Shown: one piece after another, positions 58,468 to 64,000 of the stretch | Layout: each line of letters opens with the position of its first letter | How positions within the stretch are numbered: position 1 is the stretch's first letter | Assembly: GCA_031835245.2 (NCBI GenBank) | Contig: JAVKOQ020000112.1 | Location: 62,001 to 126,000, forward strand | Reading direction: 5' to 3' | DNA: 64,000 nucleotides | Origin: Balamuthia mandrillaris | Taxonomy: Eukaryota | Position numbers and translations under genes: made by a program | Notes under the pieces: model-generated | What the model saw: the letters and a program-made list of their open reading frames with translations, nothing else | What the model was told of the DNA's origin: nothing | Database searches by the model: none

Positions 58468-61400
58468 ATGGAAGCAAACCAACAGCGTTGGCCCTGTGAC
58501 AAGGTCAGAAAGACTTTCATCGAGTTTTTCCAAGGGAAGGACCACCTCTTTGTGCCCTCTTCCTCAGTTGTTCCTCACAACGACCCCACACTGCTTTTTG
58601 CCAATGCCGGAATGAACCAATTTAAGGTTAAACCTCTTCCTTCTCGCGGAGTGCACCCAAAAAAGCGTAGTTAACTTTTACCCTTTTCTCTCTCTCTCTC
58701 TCCGCAAACACGCACGCTTGCTCTGTGTCAATTCTCTCTACAGCCAATCTTTTTGGGGCAAGTGGACCCAAAAAGCGAGCAAGCCTCATGGAAAAGGGCA
58801 GCAAACAGCCAAAAATGCATACGAGCAGGTGGCAAGCACAACGACCTCGATGACGTGGGAAAGGATACCTATCACCACACTTTCTTTGAGATGCTTGGCA
58901 ACTGGTCCTTTGGGGACTACTTCAAGCAGGAGGCAATTGACTGGGCAATGGAACTGTTGACAGAGGTGTATGGGCTGGATTCCTCCCGACTCTACGCTAC
59001 GTATTTTGGTGGTTCGGATGAAGACGGACTGCCAGCTGATGAAGAAGCTCGTGAGTTGTGGAAGAAACATCTTCCCGCAGAGAGGATCCTTCCTTTTGGC
59101 AAGAAAGAAAACTTCTGGGAGATGGGAGAGACAGGACCTTGTGGACCCTGCTCCGAGATTCACTACGATCGTATCGGAGGAAGGGACGTCTCCTCCCTGG
59201 TCAATAAGGATGACCCTAATGTGATTGAGATTTGGAACTTGGTCTTCATGCAGTTCAACAGGGAACAAGACGGCTCGCTCAAGCGGCTCCCCGCTTCCCA
59301 TGTGGACACTGGTATGGGCTTTGAACGCTTGACTTCTATTCTTCAAGACGTCAAGTCCAACTACGACACAGACATCTTCGCTCCCATTTTCGCAAGAATC
59401 CAAGAGGTCACCGGCGCACCAGCCTATGCCGGAAAAGTGGGCAAAGAGGACACCGACCTCGTGGACACTGCTTACCGCGTAGTGGCTGATCACATCCGCA
59501 CTCTCTGCTTCGCCATTAGCGACGGAGCTGCACCCGGCCCCGATGACAGGGACTATATTCTGCGCAAGGTGCTACGACGCGCTGTGCGCTTTGGCAAGGA
59601 GATCCTTGGTGCGAAGGACGGCTTCTTTCATCAGCTGGTAGGTGTGGTTCTCGAGTTGATGGGCGACGCTTTTCCTCAGCTGCGTGAGAATCCTGCACAC
59701 ATCGTTCAGACTATCAAAGAGGAAGAAGAAAGCTTCACTGCTACTCTCGACAAAGGACTCAAGAAATACCACAAAGCCACTGCCAAGCTTACTCCAGGGC
59801 AAGTGCTTTCCGGCAAAGCTGTTTTCAAGCTCTATGACACCTACGGATTTCCTGTGGAGCTTACTCAGCTTATGGCAGAGGAGAAAGGCCTTGGAATTGA
59901 TTGGAACGGCTTCAAAAAAGAGAAAGAAGCAGCCCAGCATCGTTCCCGCCAAGCTCAGAGACTGGCTATGATGAGCGGTGGTCCCATCTTCGAGCTGGAT
60001 GCCAACGCTGTCTCTGAGCTACAGAATGCCTCCCTTCTCCCTACGGACGATTCGTTCAAGTATCAAACTGGGCAGGATATAGAGGCCGTGGTCAAGGCAA
60101 TCTGGACCACCAACAAAGCCTTTGAGCAATATTCCACTGGCGAAGCGGTTTGTACTTTATCTTTGGAAACTTTTTTGGTGTTTTTTTTTTTGAAACAAAA
60201 ACTCATTTCCTTATTTCTTGTTGCGTTACTTTGGTTTGACAGGGCCTGGTGTTGGACTGCACAAATTTCTATGCTGAGTCCGGCGGGCAGATGTATGACA
60301 TGGGCGTAATGAAAGTGAAGGGCAGAGAGGGAGTTACCTTTGCTGTCTGTGAAGTTCAATCCTACGGTGGTTATGTGCTACATTCTGGCACTTGCTCCGG
60401 AGGAGAGATCAGAGTGGGTGACGTGTTGCAGCTGACGGTGGAACTGTCTCGACGGCTTCCTCTTATGGCCAACCACACCACAACTCACTTGGTGAATCAT
60501 GCTTTGCGGGCAGTGTTGGGGGGTGTTGTGGATCAAAAAGGCTCCTTGGTGCTTCCAGAGCGACTTCGCTTCGATTTCAGCTATGGCAAAGCGTTGACTG
60601 CAGAGCAGTTGGAGAAAGTGGATCAACACGTGCAGGCCGTAATCGCAAGAGATTTGCAGGTATACATCAAGAATGTTGCTCTTCAACAGGCTCTTGCCAT
60701 GCCATGCATTAGAGCAATGTTCGGCGAGACTTACCCCGACCCTGTGCGAGTGGTATCTGTGGGGGCTGCCCTGGAGGAGCTTCTACAAGATCCTGACAAT
60801 CCCAAGTGGTTGGAGTTTTCGGTTGAACTTTGTGGTGGCACTCACTTGAGCAGGTCAAGTGAAGCTGAGTGCTTTACCATCGTTGCAGAGGAAGCTCTTG
60901 CTCGTGGTATCAGACGCTTGGTGGCCCTCACCGGAAAACCCGCCCAGGAGGCCATCCACCGTGGAGAAGAGCTGGCCAAAGCTGTTGCTCTCCTGAAAAA
61001 TAAGAAAGGAGAGGATCTCAAGTGCGCCGTCACCGACCTTGCCAAGCAGTTGGATGAGGCTGTTGTACCTGCTTCCAAAAGATATATCATTCGCGACAGT
61101 TTGGACCAGTTCCGACGGACCGTCGCAGACTCGACTAAAAACACGAAAGCCGAGCAGCTTGAACTTGCCCAACAGTATGCAGAGCAAGCGGTGAGCGACC
61201 TGCAAGCCTCTCCTGATTCCCGCTTCCATGTTGGAATCCTGCAAGTCAACTCCTTCACCGTTGCCCTAACTAATGCTATCAAGGCCATACAAGAGAAGCA
61301 CCCTTCCCTTCCTGTGCTTCTTTTGAGCGCTGATAACACCAACCCCAAGAAACCCAAGGCTACTGTCGTTTGTCAGGTCCCCCAAAGTGTTGTGGATTCC

Positions 61401-61565
61401 ACTTCCCTCAAGGCCAACGAATGGGCTGCTGCTGTGGCCGAGGTGCTCGGTGGCAAAGGTGGCGGTAAGCCCACCACCGCCCAAGGGTCTGGTCCAAAGC
61501 TTCAGCAATTGGATGCCGCCTTAGCCACCGCAAAAGACTATGCCTCACGATTGCTTGCTCCTTAA
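58468..61565 (+). CDS. AARS: Alanyl-tRNA synthetase, 3 exons
   Basis: [42 protein letters not shown], editing NHTTTH and ELCGGTH, GGKGGG. Confidence 0.97.
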
Positions 61566-61827
61566 CCTGCTGCCCATATTCCCTTTCTCCCCTCCGTCCC
61601 CTTCTTCAGAAAGTTATGTTTTCTTTAAACAGAGGAAAATAAACAACAACGGCGTTACAATGAACATGTCCTATCAGCGAAGAAGAAGAACCCACTTTAA
61701 GGTTGGTGGCGTGGCCATCTCACCCAGGCCAGGAGGGATAGTGGCAGTTGCTGTATTTGGTACCAACAGGGCTTCAGTATCATCAGCAACACAATCCTTG
61801 GGTATGGTGGCTCCGCTAGCGCTTCTG

Positions 61828-61921
61828 TTAACGTACAATCATTACCGAGCACTTACCGAAACGCATGACATGCTCAGACACAGAGCCCACTAGCATCCTG
61901 CGTTTCAGCAAAAAGAGAGAG

Positions 61922-61966
<45 letters not shown>

Positions 61967-62487
61967 AGAAAGGCTTTAGACATTGCTCCAAAGGCAAAGT
62001 AGGGAGGAGAACAGTGTACCGCTCCAAAGAGCCAGTTCCACGACTGCCCATAACGCACAAGTCAATGTCATGGTCAGGTATGAGCTTGCAAATGGCCTCT
62101 CTGGCATCGGGGCTTTCAATTGTGGTGTAGGTAAAACGGTCCTTTGCCCACAGACAGGGTCAGCACCAGCTTGCCTCAACAAAAGCAAAGGACCTTTGGT
62201 ACCTTCAACTGAGAGGAAGCGAGTTGAAACATGCCCCTATAGTTTTGCTCAAGTTCTTCAGCCTTTTCTTTTTCCATCACGTTGTTGAGGTGCTCCATTC
62301 GGTCTTCCAAAGGGTTAAAAAGCTTCAAGAAGGTGGTTAACGGGCTGGAGGTTTCCTCCGGGGTAAACACCTCCATCACATGCACAGCAATTAACTCCCC
62401 CTTTTCCTTATCTACCAACTGAAGCGCCCGCTCAAAGGCCCTCCCAGAGGCCTCAGAACCATCTATACATGCCAAAACTTTACGCAT
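61828..62487 (-). CDS. Universal stress protein (UspA family), 3 exons
   Basis: MRKVLACIDGSEAS, DAREAIC, DLCVMGSRGTGSLER, MLVGSVSEHVMRF.KCSVMIVR. Confidence 0.88.
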
Positions 62488-63337
62488 CCTTCCTCCCTTC
62501 CTTCAACTCGTCGATCTTATGATCTCACTTGATCTTGGAATGGGTGACGTTATATGGGTGTGGGGTCAACCAACTTTGCCTTATTTCCGAAACTCCTCCT
62601 GTTCTGGTTTGTTTCTCAGCCGGCTGCAAACCAACCCTCATTTAGAATTGTACTTGAAATTTGTTTTTTTCTCTTCCTTTGTTTTTCTTTTGCTTATTTT
62701 TTTCACACGGCCACTCTGCCTAACAAACAAACATGGCGTAGCGGCCCCCCTGCGGAGTTGGATTCTCCGTGGAGCCTTTTGGGTATGTGATACAAGCCCC
62801 CTTTGAGTGTTGAACCGAGTGCTTTATGATGATAAATGTGAAATAACGGACTAGAGTTTCCGAATCTTCTATTCTAGTGTGGACTTCGCAAATCTGATGT
62901 TTTTTTTTTTGTTTGTTTGTTTTGTTTGTTTTGGTTTTGCTTGCTAATGTGCTCATACTACATCACAGTCTTGTTCACACCAGTCGTTTCACTTTTCTGT
63001 TTTATGGTACGTATGAAGTTTATTTTGTGCCTCGTTCGTGGTCTCCAAAGATGAATCATTTAAAAAAAATAACTGGAATTACCGGCTGAACTCTCCGTGA
63101 ATGAGAAGCACCATTCTGACTGGAGACCCCTCTCCCCTCCTCCCCCAAAAAAATGTGTCATTTTCCGCGCTCATTTTCCCTCTCTAGGGTGCTGTTTGTT
63201 TAACAACGGTGGCATAATGTTAGCTTTGGAGCGCTCATTGGAGGTACCTATGCGCCCCTTTGGATCTTCTCGCAAGCACTTGTGGTAGTTGCTGAGATGT
63301 TACCTATAATCTCATGCTAATCCTGAAATTTGTGATG

Positions 63338-63970
63338 TCAATTCAAGACTTTTCTGAGCAACAACACCATCAAGTAGCAATGCGCTTTAACTGAAGTAGT
63401 GGCTTTTGCTGACCGTTTTTTTATTGTGATACAGCGACTTACCCCTTGCTGAGGCTTGCCGAGGCGCGGGGTGCTCCGCTCATTTTTTTTCCCTGCAAGG
63501 ACCAAGTTTTTCATCAAGACTTCGTATGACTGAAGCATCCTCGCGTTTGAAAGAAATACACGGCCTATTATTATTTACAGCTTTGTTATTTGTCTTGGTG
63601 AAACTACGTGAGAGTGGTGGCGGTGTCAGTAGTGGAGGTTTCATGCGTGAGCAGTAGCTGAGGAGAGGTAATCCAAATAGCGGCGTTTGGGCTGAGGCCA
63701 ATAAATGCCAGGTCGTCCTCCTCGTCCTCATCATTCTGCTCCTCTTCCAATGCTCTAGTTAAAGGCTGTTGTTGCTGTGGTGAAGTGGGGGATGGAACTC
63801 TTACTTGCTCTGGATGATGTTGGGCATACCTTGCCCACTGTAATAGGCTCTGATGAAGCCCAAGCGCTTCGCTCTCTGTCTTGGCTTGGAAGTACACCGT
63901 GCTTTTGTAACAGTGGGCCTTGCTCCCTTCTCGCTGATGGTGGCAGGCAGGTTTGTAAGAGAAAAGTTGC
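63338..63970 (-). CDS. 3' exons of a gene starting beyond the window, possibly PH-domain-containing
   Basis: Exon-like ORF pieces (YFQAKTESEALGLHQSL) bounded by splice-like sites. Confidence 0.4.
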
Positions 63971-64000
63971 TATGGGGGGGGGGGGGGGGGGAGAGAGAGA

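Overview
Intron-rich, gene-dense eukaryotic DNA with short GT-AG introns and CT/GA microsatellites; the gene content is consistent with a free-living amoeba-like protist (inference). Bases 1-43 kb and 56.4-64 kb hold mostly housekeeping genes: a dynamin-related GTPase, a Sec1-domain protein, NDUFS7, TM9SF, PRP40, a TauE transporter, Rpt3, EBP1, spatacsin, a penta-EF-hand protein, an EF-hand kinase, a RhoGEF, AlaRS and a USP. Two intronless oddities sit among them, an F-box-actin fusion and a StrG-like oxygenase. Bases 43.4-56.4 kb are a mobile-element island containing a ~2.5 kb TIR-bounded Fanzor2 (TnpB-derived RNA-guided nuclease) element, a decayed Gypsy, a Crinkler/RHS-type NTPase+nuclease gene, two truncated LINEs, Copia remnants and solo LTRs with strong CpG decay. 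The main observation is that the right TIR of the Fanzor element lies inside a 97-nt spliceosomal-intron-like sequence (45793-45889) starting right where a structured omegaRNA-like scaffold ends. A 56/60-nt copy of that end forms the 3' half and acceptor AG of an intron required to keep the RhoGEF reading frame (57579-57693). This suggests a Fanzor whose guide RNA is assembled by splicing out its own TIR, and/or an element that creates or repairs introns. Multi-exon gene coordinates are my own splice models; splicing and activity are untested.
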